From NCBI GenBank assembly GCA_040754955.1, contig JBFMCA010000005.1, positions 24,523 to 88,522 on the forward strand: DNA of 64,000 nucleotides, given 5' to 3'. This document shows positions 1 through 11,851 of this stretch, one piece after another. The notes beneath the pieces are model-generated. The model did no database searches. It saw nothing but the letters and a program-made list of their open reading frames with translations, and had not been told where the DNA came from. The stretch comes from Acidobacteriota bacterium. GTDB lineage: Bacteria; Acidobacteriota; Vicinamibacteria; Vicinamibacterales; UBA2999. Position 1 is the first letter of the stretch, and each line of letters opens with the position of its first letter. The position numbers were made by a program, and so were the translations under genes.

Positions 1-250
1 GTCACCGCAGCGGCGGAGAGCAAGGCGCGGACCACGTCGCAGTCCTCCACCAACTTGCCTGGACTGAGGCACTTGGCGCTGAATGTTCGCCGAGGCACAT
101 CCGCGCCCACGCACCGAACGGCAACCGGAGATCCCGGGTCGCGCGGCCTCGGCGCGATTGGCGCCGGGTCCGGCGCCGTTCCCACCGGCCACTCCGGTTG
201 CCAGTGCGCAACTCCTGTTTGCCGGGGCCGAAAACGCGATAGCCTGAGGC

Positions 251-1456
251 ATGGCGCGCCGGCTCGCGTGGACGTTCGTCCTTCTGGCCTGCACCCTCGT
301 CGCGCCGCCGGCTGGCGCGCAGCGCGAGCCCCGCGTTATCGCCATCGGCGACATCCACGGCGATCTCGTCTCGTTCCGGGAGATTCTGCGTTCGGCCAGG
401 CTCATCGACGCCCACGGCGGTTGGGCAGGCGGACGCGACATCCTGGTGCAGACCGGCGACTTCACCGACCGCGGCTCGGAGGTGCGCGGCGTGCTCGACA
501 TGCTGATGCGACTCGAGCGCGAGGCGGAGCGCGCCGGGGGCAAGGTCATCACGCTGCTCGGGAACCACGAGGTGATGAACCTCATCGGCATCTGGCGCGA
601 CGTCACTCCCGAGATCTGCGCGGCCTTCGCAGGGTCGACCTCGACAGCCCTCCGCGAGTCGGCCGAGCGCGCCTACGAGATGCTGGCGGCGCGCCGCGGG
701 CCGCTCCGGCCCGAGGCGGCGGCGTACCGGCTGTCGCCCGACGCATGGATCGCGTCGATTCCTGTCGGGTGCCTCGAGTACCGCGACGCGATGGGGCCGG
801 ACGGCGTCTACGGCCGCTGGCTGCGGGACAAGCCCGTCGTCACCACCGTCGGGGCCGTGACGTTCATGCACGCGGGACCCCGGCCGGCGGCGGCGGTCGA
901 GCGCCTCAACGACCTCAACAACCAGGTGTGGGAGGAGATCCGCAAAGTCGATGCGTTCCGGGCGCGCATGGTGCGCGAGGGGCTTGCGCTGCCGGCCTTC
1001 GACCTGTCCGAGATGCTCAACGTGTTCATGACCGAGGCGCGCGGCGTCAATGCGGCGCTGGCCGCGGGGCGCGAATCCGGCACGCCGCCAGACCTGCGCG
1101 GGTGGGAGGTCGAGCTGCTGCGGGACATGGCGACCATGGTCGAGATCGACACCTGGGCAGTCATCGATCCTGAGGGACCGCTGTGGTATCGGGGATGGGC
1201 ACGGCCACAGGCGGACGGCGTCGACGCGGGCATCGCCGCGCTCGACCGCTGGGGCGTCCGGCGGTTCGTGGTCGCCCACACGGTCAACCCCGACTTCCGC
1301 ATCGCCGTGCACTACGGCGGCCGCGTCATCGCCATCGACACCGGCATGCTGACGACCACGTACGGCGGCCGCGCCTCGGCCCTCGAGGTCGCAGGCGGCG
1401 CGTTCACGGCCGTGTACGTGGACGGGCGGACGGCGCTCGGCCCGCGGACCGACTGA
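251..1456 (+). CDS. Secreted calcineurin-like metallophosphoesterase
   Basis: 401-aa ORF with ATG start. Signal-like N-terminus (LLACTLVAPPAGA). Metallophosphoesterase motifs GDIHGD, GDFTDRG, GNHE, MHAG, VVAHT. Confidence 0.8.
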   Translation: MARRLAWTFVLLACTLVAPPAGAQREPRVIAIGDIHGDLVSFREILRSARLIDAHGGWAGGRDILVQTGDFTDRGSEVRGVLDMLMRLEREAERAGGKVITLLGNHEVMNLIGIWRDVTPEICAAFAGSTSTALRESAERAYEMLAARRGPLRPEAAAYRLSPDAWIASIPVGCLEYRDAMGPDGVYGRWLRDKPVVTTVGAVTFMHAGPRPAAAVERLNDLNNQVWEEIRKVDAFRARMVREGLALPAFDLSEMLNVFMTEARGVNAALAAGRESGTPPDLRGWEVELLRDMATMVEIDTWAVIDPEGPLWYRGWARPQADGVDAGIAALDRWGVRRFVVAHTVNPDFRIAVHYGGRVIAIDTGMLTTTYGGRASALEVAGGAFTAVYVDGRTALGPRTD

Positions 1457-1463
1457 CGACGGG

Positions 1464-2480
1464 TTAGCGCGCGGCCAGCCGGGCTTCCTCGTCGCGGAAC
1501 CACGCCAGGGTGCGGCGCAGCCCCTCTTCGAGCGACACCTGCGGGCGATAGCCGAGGAGGCGCTCGGCCTTCTGGATGTCCGCCTGGGAATCGCGCACGT
1601 CGCCGGCGCGCGGGGGCCCGTAGGTGGCCTCCAGCTCGCTGCCGGTGATGCGGCGGAGCACGGCCAGCAGTTCGTTCAGCGTAATCCGCCCGTTCGTCGC
1701 CACGTTGATCACATGGCCGGCCACACCGGGCGCTTCCGCGGCGCGCAGCACACCGTCGACAACGTTTTCCACGTACGTGAAGTCGCGGGTCTGCCCGCCG
1801 TCGCCGTAGATGGTCGGCGGCCGTCCCTCGACGACGCAGCGGATGAACAGGGAGATGACGCCGGAGTACGGCGACCCCGGGTCCTGCCGAGGGCCGAACA
1901 CGTTGAAGTACCGGGTGGTCACGGTCTCGAGGCCGTACAACCGCGTGAACATCTGGGCGTACTGCTCGCCGACCAGCTTCTGGAGCGCGTAGGGCGAGAG
2001 CGGCGACGTCTGCATGTCCTCGCGCTTGGGCAGCGTGGGGGTATCGCCGTACGCCGATGACGACCCGGCGTAGACGACCCGCCGGACGCCGGCGTCCCGT
2101 GCGGCCACGAGCACGTTGAGGGTCGCATCCACGTTGGCGCGGTGCGACGTCAGGGGATCGTCCACCGAGCGCGGCACCGACGGAATGGCCGCCTGGTGGA
2201 ACACCAGGTCCACGCCCGCCACGGCGGCGCGCGCGACAGCCAGGTCGGCCAGGTCACCTTCGACGAATTCGACCTCCGGCGTTGCGCCGTCGCGTCGCGC
2301 GGCCGAGACGGCCGCGTCGAGATTCGCACGCTTGCCGGTGATGAGGCTGTCGACGACACGCACGCGGCGGCCACGGCGCAGCAGGCCCTCTACCAGATGC
2401 GACCCGATGAAACCGGCGCCGCCGGTCACCAGGCACAAGGGTTCAGCAGTGGTCGATGAAGAAGCCGTGTCTGTCATCAT
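1464..2480 (-). CDS. NAD-dependent sugar epimerase/dehydratase (SDR family)
   Basis: 338 aa. Rossmann motif VTGGAGFIGSHL. Catalytic YxxxK (YALQK). Confidence 0.85.
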   Translation of the reverse strand: MMTDTASSSTTAEPLCLVTGGAGFIGSHLVEGLLRRGRRVRVVDSLITGKRANLDAAVSAARRDGATPEVEFVEGDLADLAVARAAVAGVDLVFHQAAIPSVPRSVDDPLTSHRANVDATLNVLVAARDAGVRRVVYAGSSSAYGDTPTLPKREDMQTSPLSPYALQKLVGEQYAQMFTRLYGLETVTTRYFNVFGPRQDPGSPYSGVISLFIRCVVEGRPPTIYGDGGQTRDFTYVENVVDGVLRAAEAPGVAGHVINVATNGRITLNELLAVLRRITGSELEATYGPPRAGDVRDSQADIQKAERLLGYRPQVSLEEGLRRTLAWFRDEEARLAAR

Positions 2481-2499
2481 GCCGTGAGAAATCCGGGAC

Positions 2500-2930
2500 G
2501 AAAGCGTCGCAGCGGGCCTGTAAGCCGAATTCTGTCCCGCCGTTGCCGACGGGTGATGACCATTCCTCTAGTCCCGGCATCACTGACGGGATCCAGCAAC
2601 CTACCCGGAAGCGTCGGGCGGGCCACCCTCGAGCGCTTCCCTATTTGGTCTTGCTCCGTGCGGGGTTTGGCGTGCCGCGACTGTTGCCAGCCGCGCGGTG
2701 GGCTCTTACCCCACCGTTTCACCCTTACCCACCTTCGGCGCGGCCCCTCGCGGCGCCGCGCGCGTCGGCGGGCGGTCTGCTCTCTGTTCCACTTTCCGTC
2801 GGGTCGCCCCGCCCGGGAATTACCCGGCGCACTGCCCTGTGGAGTTCGGACTTTCCTCTCCCGGGGACGCTTCCCGCCCGGAGGGCGGGGTTCTCCCCGG
2901 CAGCGGTCATCCGGCCCGCTGCGACCCTTC
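2500..2930 (-). ncRNA. rnpB: RNase P RNA, bacterial type A
   Basis: The reverse complement contains the universally conserved GAGGAAAGUCCG (plus-strand cggactttcctc near 2846-2857). It also has GGUAAGGGUGAAA, GGUAAGAGC, CGGGUAGGUUGCU and ACAGAAUUCGGCUUAC (plus strand 2519-2535). The 5' GUCGCAGCGGGCC (2914-2926) pairs perfectly with the 3' GGCCCGCUGCGAC (2506-2518) to form P1. Ends are approximate, within about 5 nt. Confidence 0.93.
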
Positions 2931-2936
2931 ATTATC
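2931..2936 (-). promoter_or_regulatory. -10-like hexamer GATAAT directly upstream of the rnpB 5' region
   Basis: Plus-strand attatc reads GATAAT on the minus strand, followed by GAAGGGUCGC. It is an AT-rich island in GC-rich context. No convincing -35 was seen. Confidence 0.35.
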
Positions 2937-2973
2937 GCATTTCCCGCCGATCGGGGGCGAGCGGGGCCGCCCG

Positions 2974-4377
2974 TCAGCCGTCGGTGTCCTGGCTGATGCG
3001 ATACTGCTCGAGCTTCTTGTAGAGATTGCTGCGCGGCGTGTCGATGACCTCCGCGGTCTTGGAGATGTTCCAGCCGTTCTCGCGCAGCTTCGCGACCAGG
3101 TAGGCGCGCTCGGACCCCGCCTTGAACTCCTGCAGCGTACCGGCCAGCAGCCAGTCCGCCGCGGGAGCGGCCGCGGGCGGCGGCGGCTCGTCGCCCGCCG
3201 AGACCGCGCCGGGCCGGGGCGCGCCGAACTCCGGCAGGTCGCCCACGTCGATGGTCTCGCCCGGCGCCATGATGATCAGCCGCTCGATGTAGTTGCGCAG
3301 CTCGCGGATATTGCCGCGCCACGTGTGCTGCCGCAGGCGGTCCATCGCGGCAGCGGTAATCTGCCGGCGGCGAAAGTTGTTCTCGCGGCTGAACAGATCG
3401 GCGAAGTGCCGCACGAGCAAGGGGATGTCCTCGCGGCGTTCGCGCAGGGGCGGGACGTGGATGGGAATGACGTTGAGGCGGTAGAACAGGTCTTCCCGGA
3501 AGGTGCCCTTGTCGATCTCCTCCTGCAGGTTCTTGTTGGTCGCCGCCAGGACGCGCACGTCCACCTTGATGATGCGGTTGCTGCCCAGCCGCTCGATCTC
3601 CTGCTCCTGCAGCACCCGGAGCACCTTCGCCTGCGTCTTGAGGCTCATGTCCCCGATCTCGTCGAGGAAGATGGTGCCCTTGTCGGCCTGCTCGAACTTG
3701 CCGATCTGGCGCTCCACCGCGCCGGTGAACGACCCCTTCTCGTGGCCGAACAGCTCCGACTCGATGAGGTCGTCGGGAATGGCGGCGCAGTTGACCTGGA
3801 CGAAGGCGTTGTCGCGCCGCAGGCTCTCGCGGTGGATGGCGCGGGCGACCAGCTCCTTCCCCACGCCGCTCTCGCCCCAGATGAGCACGGTCGCGGTGGT
3901 CGGTGCCGCCCGCGCGATGGCCTCCCGTACCTTCGCCAGCCCAGCCGCCTCGCCGACGATCTGGTAGCGTTTCTCGGCGTCCCGCCGGTACGAGCGATTC
4001 TCGGTCCGGAGCCGGCGCGAGTCGAGGGCGTTGCGCACGGTCACGAGCACGCGCTCGCTGGCGAGCGGCTTCTCGATGAAGTCGAAGGCCCCGAGCCGCG
4101 TCGCTTCGACCGCGGTGGTGATGGTCGCGTGTCCTGAGATGACGACGACGGGCGTCACGTCCACGAGGTGCCGCAACCGCTGCAGCACCTCGAGGCCGTC
4201 CATGCCCGGCATCTTGATGTCCAGGAAGACCAGATCGGGCGCCTCGCGCTCGGCGGCGGCAATGCCCTCCTCGCCCGTGGCCGCCTGCAGCACCTCGTAG
4301 CCGTCGTACTCGAGGATCATCCGCAGCGAGTCGCGGATGCCGGCCTCGTCGTCAACGACCAGGATGCGCGGCTTCAT
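2974..4377 (-). CDS. Sigma-54-dependent Fis-family response regulator (NtrC/AtoC type)
   Basis: 467 aa. REC domain (ILVVDDE, FLDIKMPGMDG). AAA+ Walker A GESGVGKE. GSFTGA sigma-54 contact motif. C-terminal Fis-type HTH (NISKTAEVIDTPRSNLYKKL). Confidence 0.9.
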   Translation of the reverse strand: MKPRILVVDDEAGIRDSLRMILEYDGYEVLQAATGEEGIAAAEREAPDLVFLDIKMPGMDGLEVLQRLRHLVDVTPVVVISGHATITTAVEATRLGAFDFIEKPLASERVLVTVRNALDSRRLRTENRSYRRDAEKRYQIVGEAAGLAKVREAIARAAPTTATVLIWGESGVGKELVARAIHRESLRRDNAFVQVNCAAIPDDLIESELFGHEKGSFTGAVERQIGKFEQADKGTIFLDEIGDMSLKTQAKVLRVLQEQEIERLGSNRIIKVDVRVLAATNKNLQEEIDKGTFREDLFYRLNVIPIHVPPLRERREDIPLLVRHFADLFSRENNFRRRQITAAAMDRLRQHTWRGNIRELRNYIERLIIMAPGETIDVGDLPEFGAPRPGAVSAGDEPPPPAAAPAADWLLAGTLQEFKAGSERAYLVAKLRENGWNISKTAEVIDTPRSNLYKKLEQYRISQDTDG

Positions 4378-4380
4378 GCG

Positions 4381-7946
<3,566 letters not shown>

Positions 7947-8963
7947 CTACCGGTCGCGCGAGAGGACGTAGTCGACGAGGCTCGTCAGCGCCTCGCGCTC
8001 CTGGCACGGCGGGAAGACCCGCAGCTGCCGCTTGGCGGACTCGCCGAACTCGACGGCCCGCCCGAAGGCATACTCGAGCGAGCGGCAGTCGGCGAGCATC
8101 GTCTTGAGGCGGCTCCAGTCCTCCGTGCTCACCTGCCGATCGTCCACGATCCGCCGCACGAGCGCGCCCGCCTCGGGCCCGCCTTGCTGCAGCAGGTGGA
8201 TGATCGGGAGCGTGATCTTGCCCTCGCGGAGGTCGCCGCCCACGGGCTTCCCGAGCGCGTCACCGCCGGTGAAATCGAGCAGGTCGTCGACGAGCTGGAA
8301 CATGATGCCGAGGTTGAACCCGTACTCGCGGAGCGCCCGCTGCCGCTCTGGGCCGGCCTCGCCCAGCAGCGCGCCGATCTCGGCGCAGCCGCCGAACAGG
8401 AAGGCCGTCTTGCTCCGGATGATCTCGAAATGCTCGTCCTCGGCGAGGTCGACCACGCCGTTCTTGGTGAGCTGATACAGCTCACCTTCGATCATCCTGA
8501 GCGTCACGTCGCAGAGCAGGCGCACGACATCCAGCGAGTCCTGGGTCAGCGCCATGGCCATCGACTTGATGTACAGGAAGTCGCCCGCCAGCACCGTCAC
8601 GTCGCTGCCCCACCGCGAGTGCACGGATGTGCGCCCCCGCCGGGTGTCGGCCTGATCGACGATGTCATCGTGCACGAGCGTCGCGGTGTGGATGAACTCG
8701 ACTACCGCGGCGTTGAGCACCGCCCGCGGCCCGGCATACCCGCAGAGCCGCGCCGCCATCAGCAGCACTGCGGGCCGCACCCGCTTGCCGCCGCTCTGCT
8801 GCAGGTAGGTGCCAATCTGCGGGATGACGGCCACCTGCGACTGGACCTGGCGCTCGAATTCCCGCTCGACCGCCGCGAGATCCGCGCGGATCGGTTCGAA
8901 CATCAGGACGAGGTCCGCGCGCGTCTTCGGGGCAGCGTTGCTCAAGCTCGTCAATCTCACCAT
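7947..8963 (-). CDS. Long-chain polyprenyl diphosphate synthase (IspB-like)
   Basis: 338 aa. Two Asp-rich motifs: LVHDDIVDQAD and FQLVDDLLD. Confidence 0.85.
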   Translation of the reverse strand: MVRLTSLSNAAPKTRADLVLMFEPIRADLAAVEREFERQVQSQVAVIPQIGTYLQQSGGKRVRPAVLLMAARLCGYAGPRAVLNAAVVEFIHTATLVHDDIVDQADTRRGRTSVHSRWGSDVTVLAGDFLYIKSMAMALTQDSLDVVRLLCDVTLRMIEGELYQLTKNGVVDLAEDEHFEIIRSKTAFLFGGCAEIGALLGEAGPERQRALREYGFNLGIMFQLVDDLLDFTGGDALGKPVGGDLREGKITLPIIHLLQQGGPEAGALVRRIVDDRQVSTEDWSRLKTMLADCRSLEYAFGRAVEFGESAKRQLRVFPPCQEREALTSLVDYVLSRDR

Positions 8964-9020
8964 GACACGGGCGGCGCTGTCAACGCGGGATGGGCCGGTA
9001 ATCCGTTGCAGGGCTGAGCT

Positions 9021-9812
9021 TTACGTGGCGCCGCGGCCGAACAGCGCGTCAAAGTTTTCGACCAGCGCCGCTCCGAGCGACGCGGCCGCCTCTCCGCGCA
9101 CCGCCGCGACGGCCTCCACGACCTGCACGACATACGCAGGCTCGTTCCGCTTCCCGCGGTGCGGCACCGGCGCCAGGTACGGACTGTCGGTCTCCACCAG
9201 CAGCCGATCCGCGGGCGCCAGCCGCGCCGATTCCCGGACGGGCTCCGCCTTGGGGAACGTGACGATGCCGGGGATGGACACATGAAACCCCAGCGTTATG
9301 ACGCGCGAGAGCGTCCGCGGGCCACCTGTGAAACAGTGAAAGACGCCGCGGAGGCCGTGGCCGGCGCCCTCCTCCTCGAGCAGGCGCAGGGTGTCGTCTT
9401 CCGCCTCACGGACGTGGAGCACGACCGGCAGGCCCCGGGTCGAGGCCAGGCGGAGCTGGGTGCGGAAGACGGCCTGCTGCACGTCCCGCGGCGCGAAGTC
9501 GTAGTGGTAGTCGAGGCCGATCTCGCCGACCGCGCACACGCCGGCCACCGCGTCGAGGCGCGCCGCGACGACCCGCGCGGCCAACTCCGGATCGGCCGCG
9601 TATCTCGCGGCCTGGTGGGGGTGCACGCCGACGGCGAACCGCACGTCCGGCCAGGCGTCGCGCACCGCCCGGACCCGCGCGATCTCCGCCTCATCGTCCG
9701 CCGCCAGGATGACGAGGCATCGCACCAGGCCCGCCGCCCGGGCTCGCGCCACCACCGCGGCTAGGTCTCCGGCGAACTCCGCACCCGCCAGATGGCAGTG
9801 GGAGTCGATCAC
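9021..9812 (-). CDS. tatD: TatD-family metal-dependent hydrolase/DNase
   Basis: 263 aa. N-terminal IDSHCH motif and TIM-barrel hydrolase His/Asp pattern. GTG start in a GTGA overlap with the metG stop. Confidence 0.8.
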   Translation of the reverse strand: MIDSHCHLAGAEFAGDLAAVVARARAAGLVRCLVILAADDEAEIARVRAVRDAWPDVRFAVGVHPHQAARYAADPELAARVVAARLDAVAGVCAVGEIGLDYHYDFAPRDVQQAVFRTQLRLASTRGLPVVLHVREAEDDTLRLLEEEGAGHGLRGVFHCFTGGPRTLSRVITLGFHVSIPGIVTFPKAEPVRESARLAPADRLLVETDSPYLAPVPHRGKRNEPAYVVQVVEAVAAVRGEAAASLGAALVENFDALFGRGAT

Positions 9813-11764
9813 CGCACGCGGGTGCCCGGCACCGCTGGCTCGGCGTTGACCAGAATGGCGCCGCCGCCCTCAGGGCTCGCCGCCAGCACCATGCCGTTCG
9901 ACTCGATGCCCATGAGCGTGGCCGGCTTGAGGTTGGCGACAATCACGACGGTCCGGCCGACGAGCGCTTCCGGCTCGTAGGACTCCGCGATGCCGGCGAC
10001 GAGCGTGCGCTGCTCGGTCCCGACGTCGACCCGCAGCTTCACGAGCTTCTTCGACTTCGGGACGCGCTCGGCCTCGAGCACCCGGGCCACTCGAAGGTCG
10101 ACCTTCATGAAGTCGTCGATGCTGATGCGGGTATCGGCGGGCACCGCCGTCGGCACGGGCGGCGCCGCCACCGGGGGCGTGCTGGGTTCAGGCGACTGTT
10201 CACTCACGCGGGGTGCCTCCGATGCGGTAATGGGAGCAGACGCCGGCTCGGCCGGCGCCAGGCGGGGCCACAGGGCACCCGCATTGAGAATCTGCTTCGA
10301 TCCCTCCGTTCGCCAGCGGCCGTCGGTCTCGAGCCGGACTTCGCCGGGAGTGCGCGAGTCGCCCATCCGGCGGAGGATCTCCCCCGCCGACGCCGGCATG
10401 ACCGGCAGCAGCAGCACCGCGGCGATGCGGACGGCTTCGGCGGTATCGTACAGCACCGCCGACAGCCGGTCGGCGTTGGCCGGGTCCCTGGCCAGCGCCC
10501 ACGGCTGCGTGTCGGCGATGTAGAGGTTCGCGGCGTTGATCAGGTCGTACGCCGCCGCGGCCCCGTCGTGCAGCGCAAGCTGCTCCATGGCATGGCGGTA
10601 GCTGTCGAGGGCCGCCGCCGCGGTGGCCTGGAGCGGTCCGCCGCTCGCGCCGGCGGCGAGCCGGCCCTGGCGGTAGCGCTCGCTCATGGCGGCCACGCGG
10701 TTGACCAGGTTGCCCAGGTTGTTGGCGAGGTCGGCGTTGTACTTCTCCTCGAAGCGCTCCCACGAGAAATCGCCGTCGCCGCCGTAGGGTACTTCCTTGA
10801 CCAGGTACAGGCGCAGCGGGTCGGGGCCGAACTTCTTCGCCGCATCGAGCGGATCGACGATGTTGCCCAGCGACTTGCTCATCCGCTCGCCCTTGAAATA
10901 CACGAACCCGTGGCCGAAGACCCTGGCCGGGAGGGGCAGGCCCGCGCTCATGAGCATGGCGGGCCAGATCACGCAGTGGAAGCGGGTGATGTCCTTCCCG
11001 ATGATGTGCAGGTCTGCCGGCCACTGCCGCGCGAACCGCGCCTCGTCCCACCCGTAGCCGACGGCCGCCGCGTAGTTGATGAGCGCGTCGAACCACACGT
11101 AGACGACGCTCTCGCTGTCGAAAGGCAGCGGGATGCCCCACGACTGGCCCGCCCGGCTCATCGAGATGTCGTCCAGCCCGCTCTCGACCAGCCGCAGGAT
11201 CTCGTTGCGCCGCACCTCGGGCTCGATGAACCGCGGGTGCGCCGCGTAGTGCTGCAGCAGCGGCTCCTGGTACTTCGACAGCCGGAAGAACCAGTTGCGC
11301 TCCTTGATCCAGTCGGGCTTCGTCCGGTGAATCGGACAGAGACCCTCGACCAGGTCCTTGTCCTGCTTGAAGGCCTCGCATCCGACGCAGTACCACCCCT
11401 CGTAGACGCCTTCGTAGATGTCGCCCCGGTCGTAGCAGACCTGCGCGAGCCGCTGCACCGCCGGAAAGTGCCGGCGGCGGTCGGTGGTGCGAATGAAGTC
11501 GTCGAAGGAGATGTTCAACCCGGCCCAGACCTCGCGGAACACCTGCTCCATCTCGTCGCAGTACGCGAGGGGGTCCGTCCCCAACTCGCGTGCCCGCTTG
11601 AACACGTTCTGGGCGTGCTCATCGTTCCCCATGAGGAACCACGTGTCGTGGCCGGCCAGCCGCTTGTAGCGCGCGATGACGTCGGCCGTGATCTTCTCGT
11701 AGGCCGTGCCCAGATGCGGCCTGTTGTTGACGTAGTCGATGGCGGTGGTCAGGAAGAAAGACAC
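9809..11764 (-). CDS. metG: Methionyl-tRNA synthetase with C-terminal tRNA-binding domain
   Basis: 651 aa. HIGH-region variant HLGTAYEKI. KMSKS variant RMSKSLGN. C-terminal EMAP/Trbp111-like domain (KVDLRVARV...). GTG start. Confidence 0.95.
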   Translation of the reverse strand: MSFFLTTAIDYVNNRPHLGTAYEKITADVIARYKRLAGHDTWFLMGNDEHAQNVFKRARELGTDPLAYCDEMEQVFREVWAGLNISFDDFIRTTDRRRHFPAVQRLAQVCYDRGDIYEGVYEGWYCVGCEAFKQDKDLVEGLCPIHRTKPDWIKERNWFFRLSKYQEPLLQHYAAHPRFIEPEVRRNEILRLVESGLDDISMSRAGQSWGIPLPFDSESVVYVWFDALINYAAAVGYGWDEARFARQWPADLHIIGKDITRFHCVIWPAMLMSAGLPLPARVFGHGFVYFKGERMSKSLGNIVDPLDAAKKFGPDPLRLYLVKEVPYGGDGDFSWERFEEKYNADLANNLGNLVNRVAAMSERYRQGRLAAGASGGPLQATAAAALDSYRHAMEQLALHDGAAAAYDLINAANLYIADTQPWALARDPANADRLSAVLYDTAEAVRIAAVLLLPVMPASAGEILRRMGDSRTPGEVRLETDGRWRTEGSKQILNAGALWPRLAPAEPASAPITASEAPRVSEQSPEPSTPPVAAPPVPTAVPADTRISIDDFMKVDLRVARVLEAERVPKSKKLVKLRVDVGTEQRTLVAGIAESYEPEALVGRTVVIVANLKPATLMGIESNGMVLAASPEGGGAILVNAEPAVPGTRVR

Positions 11765-11770
11765 GGTAGA

Positions 11771-11840
11771 GGGTTCCGAGAGGTTCCGAAAGGTTCCAAG
11801 AGGTTCCAGGAGGCTCCGAACGGTTCGAGCAGGTCCCGAA
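11771..11840. repeat. Seven tandem degenerate 10-mers (consensus RGGTTCCGAR)
   Basis: The copies are gggttccgag aggttccgaa aggttccaag aggttccagg aggctccgaa cggttcgagc aggtcccgaa. They fill nearly all of the 87-nt larC-metG spacer. Confidence 0.9.
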
Positions 11841-11851
11841 CATTCGGGCGA

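Noticed and set aside
1-98. Possible 5' end of a minus-strand gene running off the left edge (reading MPRRTFSAKCLSPGKLVEDCDVVRALLSAAAV from GTG near 98)
   Set aside because: The frame has high GC3 and is open to the edge. However, only about 32 codons are visible, no motif is recognisable and the start is uncertain, so there is not enough to support a feature.
2-1312. 436-aa minus-strand ORF covering the window start
   Set aside because: It is antisense to the well-supported metallophosphoesterase gene. Its sequence is Arg/Pro/Gly-rich and low in complexity, and its third-position GC is low in the part I checked. This is a typical high-GC antisense artefact.
2456-4137. Track ORFs 2456-3022, 2484-2996, 2477-3322 and 2698-4137
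   Set aside because: They overlap the RNase P RNA and the antisense strand of the NtrC-type regulator. The region is fully explained by rnpB and the regulator gene.
11771-11840. The short tandem arrays (here, 43608-43671 and 50121-50211) as CRISPR arrays
   Set aside because: The units are 7-10 nt and directly abutting, with no spacers. No cas genes are present.
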